From an uncultured Candidatus Saccharibacteria bacterium (GTDB lineage: Bacteria > Patescibacteriota > Saccharimonadia > Saccharimonadales > AWTP1-31), in the NCBI GenBank assembly GCA_937903325.1, contig CALCZR010000059.1, forward strand, positions 65,489 through 129,488: DNA of 64,000 nucleotides, given 5' to 3'. The position numbers and the translations under genes were made by a program. Positions 1-9,289 of this stretch are shown here, in pieces (the first letter of the stretch is position 1; each line of letters begins with the position of its first letter). The notes beneath the pieces were generated by a model. The model was given only the letters and a program-made list of their open reading frames with translations. It did not search any database and was not told the DNA's origin.

Positions 1-500
1 AGCTCCACCATACGCTTCTGGCCACCACTCAAGTTCTTGAGCGGACCCTGCGACATGCTTTCTTCTACCTGGTAAGCCCTGAGAGCCTCTAGGATCTCGT
101 TTTCTACCTCAAAGTAGCCAAGCTGGCTAAATCGCTCTAAAGAGTCGGAATAGTCGTGCATGAGGCGATTGTTGGCACCCATCTTTTCTGGATAGGTGTC
201 CAGGATGTGTTTGTGCTTAGCGTACTCTGGTAGATCACCAAGAATATACTCCAGGACCGACTGGTCTTCAAAGCCATGGTGTTCCTGCCGACTACCAATG
301 ATAATCGTACCCTTCTTAGCTTGCACGGTACCGTCGTAGTCAGTATCTTCACCCGTGATCATATGCAGCAATGTCGTCTTACCAGTACCATTGCGCCCTA
401 CCAGGCCAATTTTCTCACCATCCTGAATCTCCAAGCGAAGATCGTGGTACAAGACGTTATTGCCGAATGACTTTTCGGCGATGTTTACTGAAACAACCAT
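1..500 (-). CDS. ABC-F type ATP-binding cassette protein, N-terminal part (gene continues past left edge)
   Basis: Absent from the ORF track because it is open at the window edge. Translating the minus strand from the ATG at 500..498 gives MVVSVNIAEKSFGNNVLYHDLRLEIQDGEKIGLVGRNGTGKTTLLHMITGE (Walker A GRNGTGKTT). The reading frame reaches position 1 inside the ABC signature LSGGQKRMVEL. Confidence 0.85.
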   Translation of the reverse strand, partial: MVVSVNIAEKSFGNNVLYHDLRLEIQDGEKIGLVGRNGTGKTTLLHMITGEDTDYDGTVQAKKGTIIIGSRQEHHGFEDQSVLEYILGDLPEYAKHKHILDTYPEKMGANNRLMHDYSDSLERFSQLGYFEVENEILEALRAYQVEESMSQGPLKNLSGGQKRMVE

Positions 501-515
501 AATCTGTCTATCTTA

Positions 516-1196
516 TCAGGTATCGACCCCTAAAGATACCCCTGTTAGAGCAGCTTCAGGTAAGACTGCATCGGCAACGGCAAAGTCACCTATCTGCGTA
601 CGTCGTAAGTCGCTCATATACGCACCAGTACTAAGCACCTCACCGATATCTGTTACAAGAGAGCGAATATAGGTACCGCTGGATACTTTTGCTGTAAATC
701 TGACGGTCGGATATTCATATTCAATCTGTTCAATCGCATAAATTGTGACATTGCGCGGTTCAATTGTTACTTCTTTACCCGCACGAGCGAGCTTGTAGGC
801 GCGCTGCCCATTAACCTTAATGGCCGAGTATGCCGGAGGTATCTGACTAATCTCACCCACAAATTGCAATACAGCCTGCTCTACCTCTTCACGAGACGGT
901 TCACGGTCAGAGACAACAATCTTCTCCCCTTCTTCATCGGCAGTCGTACTGGTTTGCCCAAGCTTCATCGCCACTTCGTACACTTTATCTTGCTTCATGA
1001 AGTCATCTTGGCGCTTAGTAGCCTTACCCACTAGTACTATCAGTAGGCCTGTAGCCAAAGGGTCAAGCGTGCCGGCGTGGCCAACTTTCACCTTCTGCCC
1101 CGTTAAGGAACGTAACTGTGAGCGAATTTTGCCAACGACATCAAAGCTCGTCCAGCCCTTAGGCTTATCTACCAGCAGTACTTCATCTAAATTCAT
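516..1196 (-). CDS. truB: tRNA pseudouridine(55) synthase TruB (short form, no PUA domain)
   Basis: 226-aa ORF. MNLDEVLLVDKPKGWTSFDVV and the catalytic-Asp motif GHAGTLDPLATGLL are TruB signatures. Confidence 0.9.
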   Translation of the reverse strand: MNLDEVLLVDKPKGWTSFDVVGKIRSQLRSLTGQKVKVGHAGTLDPLATGLLIVLVGKATKRQDDFMKQDKVYEVAMKLGQTSTTADEEGEKIVVSDREPSREEVEQAVLQFVGEISQIPPAYSAIKVNGQRAYKLARAGKEVTIEPRNVTIYAIEQIEYEYPTVRFTAKVSSGTYIRSLVTDIGEVLSTGAYMSDLRRTQIGDFAVADAVLPEAALTGVSLGVDT

Positions 1197-1213
1197 GGTA
1201 GTAGCCTACCACA

Positions 1214-3088
1214 CTAGAGAGTTGGTGGAACGAGTGGAGGAGGCACTGGAGGAGGCGCGCTTGGATCAACCGCACCGGCTGTTGGATCGGGGCCTGGGCC
1301 TTTATCTGGACCAATTAACTGGGTCGGAAAGATATCTTCGGTTGTGAGGTCTTGTTCAGGAATTGGCGTTGGCGTAGGCGCAGGAGTTGGTACTGCTGCC
1401 GGAGATGGCGCCGGTGAACCTTGCAAGTCAATCGGCTGAGCATTAAGAGCAGCAACTGGCTCTAGTCGATCAGATGGTACGGCGTTGGTAGCATCCGCTA
1501 CTGCCTGCCGAGCCATGTCTTCATGAGAAGGCTCTGATCCTAGATGGGGGCTTTCTACACTTTGCTCAATCTGTTCCAGCGTCTGGCCCTTAGATCGTTC
1601 TTCTTCGGTTAATGGCTGGATGGTCTTGTTGTGAGGAGATAGCCCATTCCCCTCTGGTGGAGCGCTCGATTCCGTAACGGCAACGTCAGGAGCAGATTGT
1701 GCATTTCTGGTAGCAGAACTAAGATCCCCGCCAAGAGTTGGTGGCTGGAGAATCATATTACCACCACTGGCAGGCTGTTCGGCGATTGGGCCACTAGTGA
1801 CCTTCTTGGCTTCTTCGGCCGAGACTAACTTACCTTCGTCATCGATGTGAATCTTAGCAAGATCCCCGTCTTCCTCCCCATCCTCCGGGATGTCCTTGTT
1901 CTCTTTCTCAAGTTGCTCAAGGGTCTTTACCGGTGCAGGATGTGGAACTTCTTCCTTCTTGTGCTCAATAGCAAGTGAACCGTCATTGTTAGGAATTGGT
2001 GCCGCGGTGCCTTCCTTGGCTAGATCTTCCATCTTCTTGTTATCGAAGTCTTTGTCTTTAGCGGGCGCCTCAGGCACATTAAGTCTGCTTGCAACCAATT
2101 GCTGGTTGGCACCGGCCTTCATGAGGGTGGCGGAGATGTTCATGGTGTGCGGAGAGGTCTTTTCGTTGCTGAAGCGTTCTGTTTCGGCAACTACACCAGT
2201 TAGGAAGGCTGTGGCGATCTGTTCGTCTAACAAAGCTCGGTCACCTTGCAACGGCTCGATCATACCTACGAGCATTTCACACAAGCTACTGGCATCTGGT
2301 TGAAACCAGTTAAGCGCCCCCAGATCTGATTGCTGCTTGTTGTTAATGCTGGCAGTTACCGCATCATGTAAGATTCGGCCGTGTGCCGTAATAGCCTCGT
2401 CTAATTCTTCTCGCTTGTGAACACCAATGGCCACAACGACGTCGACATTAAAGTCGCCCTGACTGAATTCAAGATCTTCCTGGCTCAGACTCGTGTGATA
2501 CGGCGTAATAAAGATCTTTACGAACTTATCTTCTACCTTGTAACGGAGCTTATCTGCTTTGGCTTTATCCAGAGCGATAATGAAATCCCGAAGACTATCC
2601 GTGTTCTTCTCGAGCGTCTTATCCGGTTGCAAGAACTCAATTGTCGACGGTGTCTTACCGCTATATACAGCCGTGGCGTGCTTATCCAGTTTATTAAGTA
2701 GCAGGGTTAACCCAATAGCTGCCGACAGCTGGTCGACACTTGGGTTATTACTTACTGTTACCAACACATTGTTGGCAGTTCGGAGCTTCGTTATGAGATC
2801 TTCACGCACATTCACCACGTCCTGCTCTGGTCCAGGTGCACCACCCATATTCATAGGGGCTGGGGCCTGTTGTTCAGCAATTGGGCCAGCCGGTGGAGCG
2901 GGAGGATAGGCCGGATATACCGCTTGAGATGGTCCTATTGGAGGAGCTGGAGGGTACGATGCTGGTGGCATAGCTAGTGGAGCCTGGGCCATAGGATACA
3001 CAGCTTGTAATGGCTGCGGGTATGGCGCTGCACCAGCAGGAGGATTTGCTGGTGGCGTATAGGGTTGAAGTGGAGTAGTAGGATCCAT
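1214..3088 (-). CDS. DHH-family (NrnA-like) protein with degenerate catalytic motifs and Pro-rich termini
   Basis: 624-aa ORF. The central region resembles NrnA-type DHH phosphoesterases (VLVTVSNNPSVDQLSAAIGL; ASSLCEMLVGMI...FLTGVVAETERF versus the canonical GIxGDTGRF), but the metal-binding residues are substituted. It is flanked by Pro/Ala-rich low-complexity N- and C-terminal regions. Confidence 0.6.
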   Translation of the reverse strand: MDPTTPLQPYTPPANPPAGAAPYPQPLQAVYPMAQAPLAMPPASYPPAPPIGPSQAVYPAYPPAPPAGPIAEQQAPAPMNMGGAPGPEQDVVNVREDLITKLRTANNVLVTVSNNPSVDQLSAAIGLTLLLNKLDKHATAVYSGKTPSTIEFLQPDKTLEKNTDSLRDFIIALDKAKADKLRYKVEDKFVKIFITPYHTSLSQEDLEFSQGDFNVDVVVAIGVHKREELDEAITAHGRILHDAVTASINNKQQSDLGALNWFQPDASSLCEMLVGMIEPLQGDRALLDEQIATAFLTGVVAETERFSNEKTSPHTMNISATLMKAGANQQLVASRLNVPEAPAKDKDFDNKKMEDLAKEGTAAPIPNNDGSLAIEHKKEEVPHPAPVKTLEQLEKENKDIPEDGEEDGDLAKIHIDDEGKLVSAEEAKKVTSGPIAEQPASGGNMILQPPTLGGDLSSATRNAQSAPDVAVTESSAPPEGNGLSPHNKTIQPLTEEERSKGQTLEQIEQSVESPHLGSEPSHEDMARQAVADATNAVPSDRLEPVAALNAQPIDLQGSPAPSPAAVPTPAPTPTPIPEQDLTTEDIFPTQLIGPDKGPGPDPTAGAVDPSAPPPVPPPLVPPTL

Positions 3089-3255
3089 GTTTGTTTTTTG
3101 TTTTAGCTTACCTTCTGAAACAGTATCATAGCCGCTTACGCTTGTCTACCTTTTCTACATGATTCAACCCTGTCATGCTTGTGACAGCCGGCCGTATCTG
3201 TTATAGTAGTCCCGATAATCAATAAACTCTAAAGAAAATAAGGAACATTAGACAT

Positions 3256-3588
3256 ATGCCAATTATCAAGTCAGCTAAAAAGCGTGTCCGCGTATCTAAC
3301 AAAGCAGCGGTTCGTAACAGTAAAACCAAGCGAACCCTCCGTTCTGCTCTAAAGACATTTCACGCCAGCATCACCGGTGCCAATGCTAGCAAAGCTCAAA
3401 GCGCGCTAGACCAGGCTGTTAAAAAGGGTGTTATTCACAAGAACAAAGCTGCTCGCAAGAAGAAGCAACTTGCTGCTGCTGCGAAGAAAGCTGGTGCTAA
3501 AGCTCCTGCTAAGGCTAAAGCTGCTCCAAAGAAAGCTGTTGCAAAAAAAGCTCCAGCAAAAAAGACCACTACCAAAGCTAAGAAATAG
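3256..3588 (+). CDS. rpsT: 30S ribosomal protein S20 with Lys/Ala-rich C-terminal tail
   Basis: MPIIKSAKKRVRVSNKAAVRNSKTKRTLRSALKTF matches the S20 N-terminus. An AAGGAA sequence lies about 10 nt upstream of the ATG. The tail reads KKAGAKAPAKAKAAPKKAVAKKAPAKK. Confidence 0.9.
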   Translation: MPIIKSAKKRVRVSNKAAVRNSKTKRTLRSALKTFHASITGANASKAQSALDQAVKKGVIHKNKAARKKKQLAAAAKKAGAKAPAKAKAAPKKAVAKKAPAKKTTTKAKK

Positions 3589-4902
3589 CTAATTCCAATT
3601 TATTGGAACTCGTCCGTTTTTACGCAGTCGTGCCGCCAGCACAACTGCCGCTTCGTTATAGAGTACGTGCCTTGCGGGTAATTCTTTGCCCTGTCTCTTA
3701 AATTCATTTTGAGAAAGTTCCACGTGCTCATTGAGCCGCGCCTGAACAGTGACAAAGAATTCTTCAGTGCCGAAAACCTTATCAAATTCACGATCAAGCC
3801 ATGCGGTTCGCCTAGTTCGATCTTCGCCAGCACTTGAATAAGCTAGCAGCATTCGTTTCATAGATACCTGCATGCCCTTTTCTCGTGCGACCTCAACAGC
3901 TGCACCAAGTAATCCCCTAAATCCTCGGTATGATCCCCATTCGAGGTGCATAACCTCAGGATCCTGAGCGCCTGCGGCTTTATTAAGTTGTGCAGCGTGT
4001 TCAGTTAACGCTTCATCGGCCCATCTAGTATTGAGTGGGTCATCGGCAAGTTTTTCTACATCGCCACCCCACAGTAGCGCATGATTCAGTTCATGTACCG
4101 TAGATCTTCCGATATGTTTACGCGACACAACGACCGTACTTGTCCCGCGGTTATGAAAGCCTGCCATATCTGCCAGTAGTGTTGAGAAGTCGTCTCCTTC
4201 GTAGACCCGCAGTGCGTCTACATTTTGCGCGCGCTCACGTGCCGACTCATCGTAGTAACCACTGTTGAGACCACGGGCTACTCCTTGTGCCCAGCGTTGC
4301 TTTTGAACCTCCACTTTTTCAAGAAATTTATCATCTTGCTGAAAGTTCTCTACATAGTGGTTGTGTGCTTGTAGGAAGTTAAGCAGTCGAGCATTCTCTG
4401 CTTTGTGCTTTTCCTCACGTGCCTGCTTCTCTTGTGGGGTAGTATCTGGCATATCTTTATACGAGGATTCAGTCAACCAATCTACTAGGCTGTGCGGGAA
4501 TTCCTCTTCAACCGACTCTGGGTGTTCTATTTCAAACTGGTCATACAAAAACGGAGGCATCGTCGCGATTACTGCTTCTGTTAAGGCAGGCTTTTTACTA
4601 GGCGTAATACTCGTTAGTCTGTTACGTACACTATCAATCTGCTCCTGTTGTACGATCTCTTTGTATGCGATGGACTCAATAACTTGCTCTGGAGGTTCAG
4701 GGGCGGCAAGACCCAATGATTGCAAAGCCCGTTTAGCAATCCCATGACGCCGAGAAGGATTCGCACCTTCTTCAATACGTTGCTGCGCCAAGGCAGTATC
4801 AAACTCTACAGTCTTATAACCCAGCGTGTCTGGGTGTATTACAGGAAGTACAGGAGGTTCTGCTGGAGACTCGACTGGTAGAGTTGGGGTTATGGTTGCC
4901 AC
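3589..4902 (-). CDS. hypothetical protein with HExxH motif (putative gluzincin-like metallopeptidase)
   Basis: 437-aa ORF with a GTG start. It has a single HExxH (TVHELNHALL) followed about 22 aa later by DEALTEHAA. No signal peptide or TM segment is evident and I recognise no family. Confidence 0.55.
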   Translation of the reverse strand: MATITPTLPVESPAEPPVLPVIHPDTLGYKTVEFDTALAQQRIEEGANPSRRHGIAKRALQSLGLAAPEPPEQVIESIAYKEIVQQEQIDSVRNRLTSITPSKKPALTEAVIATMPPFLYDQFEIEHPESVEEEFPHSLVDWLTESSYKDMPDTTPQEKQAREEKHKAENARLLNFLQAHNHYVENFQQDDKFLEKVEVQKQRWAQGVARGLNSGYYDESARERAQNVDALRVYEGDDFSTLLADMAGFHNRGTSTVVVSRKHIGRSTVHELNHALLWGGDVEKLADDPLNTRWADEALTEHAAQLNKAAGAQDPEVMHLEWGSYRGFRGLLGAAVEVAREKGMQVSMKRMLLAYSSAGEDRTRRTAWLDREFDKVFGTEEFFVTVQARLNEHVELSQNEFKRQGKELPARHVLYNEAAVVLAARLRKNGRVPINWN

Positions 4903-4959
4903 GGTGTTTTTAGATTGTTTGTTTTATCGTTCTACAGTATAAACTTTAGCACAATATTG

Positions 4960-5895
4960 TTATTTATGCAAGTTCCTATTAGAGATAGCTATAAGCAGCT
5001 CTTGCAGAGCCGCATCGGCGTCTATGACTTCTGACTTAAGTCGAATATCTAGTTCCAGTGCCTGGTGAATAAGTTGTTTCAACTTACTCCCCTCTATGCT
5101 CCGCGCCAGAGGCTGTGTCTTACGCACCACGAAGGGATTCAGCTTTGCCTGCGAAGCAACATCATTCGCCGGAGTATTGCCAGCAGCCTTCACAACCGCT
5201 AAGGCGTGTAACTGCCATGCAAGTAGCGCCAAGATAGCCTGTGGTTCGACTTTCTGTCGACGCTGTTCGTCATAGAGTGCCAGTGTCCGCTTGGCATTGC
5301 CAGCGAATGCTGCTTCCAGAAGTTCAAAGGTAGTACTTTGCGGGGTCTGGACGGTCAGGTGTTCAATGGACTGCCGAGTAACAGTGTCGTCATAGCTGAG
5401 TAGCTTAGCGAGCTCATTGCTCAGCCGCAGCTGGTTGGTCCCCACTCGCTGCACTAAATACCGAGCGTCCTGGCTGCTTATGCCCCCGCCCTGACTCTTT
5501 GCCTCCACGCCTAACCACCTGGCTAGGCCAACCTCATCTAGTTCGCCATACTCTGTAAAGTCAGTCTGTTTCTTGAGCGTCTTATACATGCTACTGCGCT
5601 TATCGAACTTAGGCTCTACCAGTAGCAGGTCGGTCTGCTCGTTAACTGCGTCTAGGAATTGTTCAATGTGCTCTGCCAGCTGCTTGTTAGCTGCTGGTGC
5701 ATCAATAATTACCATGCGCTTTTCAGCTAGGAACGGCATGGCCTGCACGCTTTCAAGCAGCCTGGGGTACTCAGTCTCCTCTGCCGACAAACGCTCTAAT
5801 CCAAAGTCACCGTAGGCCTGTACAAAGGCAGCAGTACGCTTACGTAGTTCATCTCGCAGTAAGAAGCTATTGGTGCCGGTGAGGGTCAGTATCAC
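4960..5895 (-). CDS. holA: DNA polymerase III delta subunit
   Basis: The ORF track extends to 5982, but those first 29 codons overlap mutM. The GTG at 5895 overlaps the mutM TGA stop (GTGA) and yields VILTLTGTNSFLLRDEL, a typical HolA N-terminus. The product is 311 aa with the delta-subunit helical C-terminal half. Confidence 0.75.
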   Translation of the reverse strand: MILTLTGTNSFLLRDELRKRTAAFVQAYGDFGLERLSAEETEYPRLLESVQAMPFLAEKRMVIIDAPAANKQLAEHIEQFLDAVNEQTDLLLVEPKFDKRSSMYKTLKKQTDFTEYGELDEVGLARWLGVEAKSQGGGISSQDARYLVQRVGTNQLRLSNELAKLLSYDDTVTRQSIEHLTVQTPQSTTFELLEAAFAGNAKRTLALYDEQRRQKVEPQAILALLAWQLHALAVVKAAGNTPANDVASQAKLNPFVVRKTQPLARSIEGSKLKQLIHQALELDIRLKSEVIDADAALQELLIAISNRNLHK

Positions 5896-6764
5896 GCGAT
5901 TACCTTCTGACAATGTGGACAGAGGTGTGTTCCTCGTCCAGCAACGCGAGTCTTGATAATCACTGTGCCACAGCGTGGGCATTCTTTACCCTCACGCCTA
6001 AAGACCTTAGCGAAGCTAATATAACTACCCTTCTTGCCTTCCGCATTCACATAGTTGCGGTCCGACGATCCGCCTTTCTCAATACTCAAACGTAACACAG
6101 CCTGAAGCTCAACAAACAATTTGTTCAACTTCACCTGACTCACGTTCCGTACCAATGTAGACGGATGGATCTTAGCCGCCCAGAGGGCCTCGTCGGCATA
6201 TATATTACCAATACCGGCTACCACGGTCTGGTCCAGCAGCACAGCCTTAATATTGCTGTTCTTGCGTCGCAGCAAGCGTTCGCTGAACTGTGCATCCGTA
6301 AAGTCTGCCGCCAGCGGCTCAGGCCCCAGCTTCTTCATGAAATCTATGTTTGGAATCTCAACTGTTGGTACAAGCTTTACCCAGCCAAACTTACGTTGGT
6401 CATTGAAGTACAACTGCGACTGGTCGTTAAAGGAAATCGTTACCCGGGTTGAGCGATCCGGCAACTCCCCGATGAGTGAATCGTTCGGGTGCCCCGCCCC
6501 AAACCGGGTAGCTCCCAAGAACACCATCTGGCCGGTCATCTTCAGGTGAATAAGCAATGAATACTTGGTAGACAGTTCAATAATAAGCACCTTGGCCCGC
6601 CGTTTTATCTCCAGGATACTGGCTCCGACTAAGAACTGCTGTACGTCAGCTTCTGCATTAGGGAACGACTTAGGGGTATCATGAATTACACCAGTAATTG
6701 TTTTACCAACTACTAGTTTACTCAGCCCCAATTTAACCGTCTCTACCTCAGGTAGTTCTGGCAC
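5892..6764 (-). CDS. mutM: formamidopyrimidine-DNA glycosylase
   Basis: MPELPEVETV N-terminus (catalytic Pro2, Glu3), an H2TH region, and an intact C-terminal zinc finger CPRCGTVI...CPHCQ. Confidence 0.92.
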   Translation of the reverse strand: MPELPEVETVKLGLSKLVVGKTITGVIHDTPKSFPNAEADVQQFLVGASILEIKRRAKVLIIELSTKYSLLIHLKMTGQMVFLGATRFGAGHPNDSLIGELPDRSTRVTISFNDQSQLYFNDQRKFGWVKLVPTVEIPNIDFMKKLGPEPLAADFTDAQFSERLLRRKNSNIKAVLLDQTVVAGIGNIYADEALWAAKIHPSTLVRNVSQVKLNKLFVELQAVLRLSIEKGGSSDRNYVNAEGKKGSYISFAKVFRREGKECPRCGTVIIKTRVAGRGTHLCPHCQKVIA

Positions 6765-6815
6765 GCTCTTCCCTTTCTCCGCTTCTTACAGCGACCTTTA
6801 GTATACTAGTTCCAT

Positions 6816-7055
6816 ATGAGTGAGTCACTAAAGGATATCTTGCTACGGCGAGATGACAACCAACCCCCCGAAATTGCCATCATTAAAGAGTTCGTCATGC
6901 GCCGCTTCAAAGCGCCCGTGAGTGTGACCGTAAATAAGACGCAGATCATCATAAACGCCAACAGCTCAGCACTGGCCGGCACACTCCGACTCAATATCTT
7001 CGAACTCCAGAACACCGTTAAGTCTAAGAAGAAATTACTTATTCGCGTCAGCTAA
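6816..7055 (+). CDS. small DUF721/DciA-like protein (tentative)
   Basis: 79-aa ORF. The segment VSVTVNKTQIIINANSSALAGTLRLNIFELQ resembles the DUF721 pattern (strand, SSAWA-like motif, ELxF). The 3' end overlaps the convergent HAD gene by 21 nt. Confidence 0.4.
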   Translation: MSESLKDILLRRDDNQPPEIAIIKEFVMRRFKAPVSVTVNKTQIIINANSSALAGTLRLNIFELQNTVKSKKKLLIRVS

Positions 7056-7616
7056 CACCAAGTCAATAGCAGCCCTGTACTGTGCAAAGTCTTGGTACTG
7101 CACGGTCTTCATACCAACCGCTTCGGCCGCCTGGCAGTATGGAACGAGGTCATCTACAAAGACCGCCTCACTAGGCTCTACATCCAAGCGCTGACAGGCT
7201 AATTCGTAAATAGCGGGATCTGGCTTGCTTTTACCGACTTCAAAGGACAGCACCATATCATCAAATAGGGCCTGCTCTTCGGCTGTTAAAAACTCTTCTC
7301 GTATCCAGGCTGTACCGACATTACTCAAGATTCCTAGTTTGTAGGTACTCTTCAGTTCCTTTATGTGTGCGAGGAGTATCGTATTCTTGTGGCGACCTGT
7401 GCGGTGTATAAAGATTTGGTCAAAGACTTCCGGCTCTGCGCCAGTAATCTCACTCGCCTGCTCACGAAACTCTTCGTAACTTATAAGCCCACGGTCGTAG
7501 GCACCGTGAGCATTACGCACATCACTCTTAACGTTATCACCAAGTGTAGCGGTAAACTCTTTCCAGGTATCCCCGGTTAGTACTCCAAAACAGTCATAGA
7601 TAATGGCACGTATCAT
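7035..7616 (-). CDS. HAD-superfamily hydrolase (paralog 1)
   Basis: 193 aa. Motif I is MIRAIIYDCFGVL, followed by the LSN motif and a C-terminal VFVDD motif. It is a paralog of 8711..9289. Confidence 0.8.
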   Translation of the reverse strand: MIRAIIYDCFGVLTGDTWKEFTATLGDNVKSDVRNAHGAYDRGLISYEEFREQASEITGAEPEVFDQIFIHRTGRHKNTILLAHIKELKSTYKLGILSNVGTAWIREEFLTAEEQALFDDMVLSFEVGKSKPDPAIYELACQRLDVEPSEAVFVDDLVPYCQAAEAVGMKTVQYQDFAQYRAAIDLVLADANK

Positions 7617-7644
7617 CTACCAATGATACCAGGAGACTGTCGCT

Positions 7645-8220
7645 TTAGTACTGTACGCCGTCGACAATATCGCCGTAACCAGTAATCTGCATACGAAAGA
7701 GATTGTTTACGACGTCAGAAGCCGCTGCTGAGTTACCCTTTACACAGCTAGCACCCCAGGTGCGAGAAACGCTGTCGTTGTTGTCCAACACTTCATACGT
7801 GTAACGACGACCAGTGGCACAGATACCAATTTCATTCTCGTAGCTACTCTTAACGGTCTTACCGAAACCAGTACGAGCGAGAGCGTGGATGAAGTCATAG
7901 TAGGCATCTGGATTATTCACGAATGTCTGCGACTTAATCACCTTACCTTCGTAACCCTGCATAACGTCAATGGTACGACTACCACGAGATACCGTAATCC
8001 GAACAGAACGGTGAGCGTCGTCGCCGTTAATAGGACCATCGAAGACAGCAGTTACTTCAGAATCACGCTGAGCATAGTCGTTGAGGCTAAAAACCTTCTT
8101 GGTAGTACTGTTCTTACCAGTGTTTCGTGCGCCTGGACCACGACCAAATACAACAGCAAGCAGCAGGACGAAGCCCACTACAAATGTTAGAAAAATGATA
8201 AATTGTCGTTTAGGTGTCAT
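7645..8220 (-). CDS. membrane-anchored or secreted hypothetical protein
   Basis: 191 aa with an N-terminal TM/signal anchor (FIIFLTFVVGFVLLLAVVFG) and then a soluble domain containing two Cys. No family recognised. Confidence 0.6.
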   Translation of the reverse strand: MTPKRQFIIFLTFVVGFVLLLAVVFGRGPGARNTGKNSTTKKVFSLNDYAQRDSEVTAVFDGPINGDDAHRSVRITVSRGSRTIDVMQGYEGKVIKSQTFVNNPDAYYDFIHALARTGFGKTVKSSYENEIGICATGRRYTYEVLDNNDSVSRTWGASCVKGNSAAASDVVNNLFRMQITGYGDIVDGVQY

Positions 8221-8294
8221 AAGCGTCTCTTAACACCGGTATAATATCACATTTACAGTATATTTACAATGTTTTTACGGCCTCTTTTATCTCC

Positions 8295-8714
8295 CTAGGT
8301 AAGTGAGTCTAATGCAGTCTGCCGGTCAGGTTCCATGACCTCTACATCCGAGAAATCTTGCTTGCTAGCCCAAAGGTATGCATCGTTCTCGGAGCTGAGT
8401 GTCACCTCGTATCTCTCTGCTGTGCAAGTAATAAAAACACCAACAATCTGCAATTGCAGTCCCTGCACTTCTGGTCGCCATTCACCGATGCTAATCGGCT
8501 TGGTCGGCGTGACCTTGATGCCAGTCTCTTCAAAAACTTCACGAACAAGACCTTCGTTCCATGCCTCTCCAGGCTTTAGCTTCCCTCCCGGCAGACCGTA
8601 CTTCCCCGCATTTGGGCCAGCCTTTGGTGTGTCGGCAACTCGCACGAGTAGGACCTTGCCTTCATCATTGAGAATGACTGCTTTCATAGCGATGCGCTGA
8701 ATAATATCCGTCAT
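8295..8714 (-). CDS. NUDIX hydrolase
   Basis: Nudix box GGKLKPGEAWNEGLVREVFEETGI. 139 aa. There is a 4-nt overlap with the upstream HAD gene. Confidence 0.85.
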   Translation of the reverse strand: MTDIIQRIAMKAVILNDEGKVLLVRVADTPKAGPNAGKYGLPGGKLKPGEAWNEGLVREVFEETGIKVTPTKPISIGEWRPEVQGLQLQIVGVFITCTAERYEVTLSSENDAYLWASKQDFSDVEVMEPDRQTALDSLT

Positions 8715-9289
8715 GTTTCGCTCCCCATCAACTCATCGATTGCTGATTTGAGTTTATTTATCGTCGTAAACTGGTGGATATGCATACCAATTTGCCGAGC
8801 GCCTTCTAGATACTTTGTATGGTCATCCGTGAATAAAGCTTCTTCTGGTTTAACCCCAAGCTTTTCCGCAGCAAGTCTAAAGATCTTTGGGTCTGGCTTT
8901 ATGAGACCCACCTCCCCCGATACGATCACAGCATCAAACAGGTTGATTTGTTCATCAGTAAAATGCCTCCCAGGCATGCCTGCACTAGCATTACTTAGTA
9001 ACCCAATCTTATACTTTGATTTTATGGAACGAATGTACTCAAAGACGTCTTCGTTTGGAGTCTCATCTTCGTCAACATACTGCTGCCACTGCTCAGGACT
9101 TATACCAAGCTTGTCTGCTACCTTTTCAGTTGCTTGTAGTTTAGTTATCTGCCCCAGGTTGGCTGCATCAAAGACTTCGTCAAGAAAGCCCGCATCTTCA
9201 ACTTTATCTCCGCCGGCACGCTCGTATACATTCCAAATTCCGGTACCCGCGAGTACCCCAAAGCAGTCAAAGATGACTGCACGAATCAA
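8711..9289 (-). CDS. HAD-superfamily hydrolase (paralog 2)
   Basis: 192 aa. It carries MIRAVIFDCFGVL, LLSN and LFTDD motifs and overlaps the polA stop by 4 nt. Confidence 0.8.
   Translation of the reverse strand: MIRAVIFDCFGVLAGTGIWNVYERAGGDKVEDAGFLDEVFDAANLGQITKLQATEKVADKLGISPEQWQQYVDEDETPNEDVFEYIRSIKSKYKIGLLSNASAGMPGRHFTDEQINLFDAVIVSGEVGLIKPDPKIFRLAAEKLGVKPEEALFTDDHTKYLEGARQIGMHIHQFTTINKLKSAIDELMGSET

Noticed and set aside
5896-5982. 5'-extended versions of several track ORFs: holA to 5982, CDP-alcohol transferase from 29531, PHP from 30366, the 52360 gene to 53034, the 47188 gene to 47475, the 49686 gene to 50330 and vapC to 32014.
   Set aside because: The extensions overlap well-supported neighbouring genes or start at weak TTG codons. 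Internal ATG or GTG starts give canonical N-termini, Shine-Dalgarno sequences or classic 4-nt stop/start overlaps.
6806-7015. 69-aa minus-strand ORF 6806..7015, which competes with the plus-strand ORF 6816..7055.
   Set aside because: The plus-strand product has a DUF721-like pattern and an ATG start in the mutM-divergent intergenic region. The minus-strand product is hydrophobic and low-complexity with no upstream signals. Both calls remain weak.
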